A stretch of 64,000 bases of DNA from Perna viridis (Eukaryota), in NCBI GenBank assembly GCA_037379345.1, contig CM074511.1:27100862-27164861 (forward strand), in the 5' to 3' direction. The position numbers were made by a program, and so were the translations under genes. Of the stretch, positions 63,316 to 64,000 are shown piece by piece; the first letter of the stretch is position 1, and each line of letters starts with the position of its first letter. Under the pieces are notes generated by a model. It was given only the letters and a program-made list of their open reading frames with translations. It was not told the origin of the DNA and made no database searches.

Positions 63316-63875
63316 AAGAGTAATCAAGTGAACCAAGGTTATAGCGGTAATCAAAAGAATGTAATCCAGGGACAAAGACCAGACATGGAAAACAGACATA
63401 CACAACAAAGAACATAAAGTAACTAAAATCATACATACAAAGTAACAAAAGCAAATGAGCAACTCGGACTCCACTAAAAACTGGGAACATGAACCAGGTG
63501 CACCGGTAGGGTAAGCGTCCTCTGCTTTTCTAGAAACACCCGCCGAGTTGCTTATAAAAAGTCGAGTCCGCGGTAGACAAACGAGGAGAGGAAAACTATG
63601 ACCCGTTGAATAAATCAGTTTTCATGGTGCTGATGGATACACCATAACGATCCACGAGTTCATGATGGCGACCATAAAACTTTTGCAGTGATGACTTCAA
63701 TCTTGTAACAACATAACCCTGTTCCAGAAGCTTATTTGTTAGAGTTAAAAAGTCTGCGTAGTTTCGGCAAGCTTTGGCATAACGTATGAGTTGTGATATG
63801 AACACTCCATACGCAGGATCCGAAGGGATGTTGCCACAGATGAAAGGAAAGTTGACAATTCTGAATGAAAAGTCA
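63316..63875 (-). mobile_element. Penelope-like (Naiad-type) fragment with RT C-terminus and stop
   Basis: DFSFRIVNFPFICGNIPSDPAYGVFISQLIRYAKAC...KFYGRHHELVDRYGVSISTMKTDLFNGS*; no endonuclease follows RT. Confidence 0.82.
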
Positions 63876-64000
63876 ACCATTGCAATGGTCCTGACTTGGT
63901 AGAGTAATTTTAAAATGACAGGTGATTTAAACCAGGTTTATCGCGCACTTAACCTCCCGCTTCCATTACGGTTCACCATTTTCTGTATTTTGACACAAAT

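Overview
AT-rich eukaryotic genomic DNA. The repeat and gene repertoire suggests a bivalve mollusc (inference). I reconstructed three genes by hand from GT-AG junctions and phase matching. (1) A RING-less tandem B-box/coiled-coil/beta-propeller TRIM-like pseudogene (433-2078, -). (2) A complete 8-exon secreted S1A serine protease (9595-25779, -, 426 aa). It has an unusual build: a signal peptide, a beta-defensin-like six-Cys module on its own phase 1-1 exon, a Thr-rich stalk, a furin-type RSKR|IIGG activation site, an expanded 99-loop and a 68-aa KR/RFKR-containing linker between the two catalytic barrels. (3) The first 14 coding exons of a CNBD2-like cyclic-nucleotide-binding gene (44948->62516, +, continues beyond the window). 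The rest is largely transposon debris: 14 5'-truncated copies of a Penelope-like (probably Naiad-type) retroelement with a structured 3' end, a hairpin-rich SINE-like element with a perfect 12-bp TSD, a Crypton-like tyrosine-recombinase remnant, several TTAA- and TA-flanked MITE families (some nested), palindromes and minisatellites. No CRISPR array, rRNA or tRNA gene was found. Most ORFs in the supplied track are spurious.
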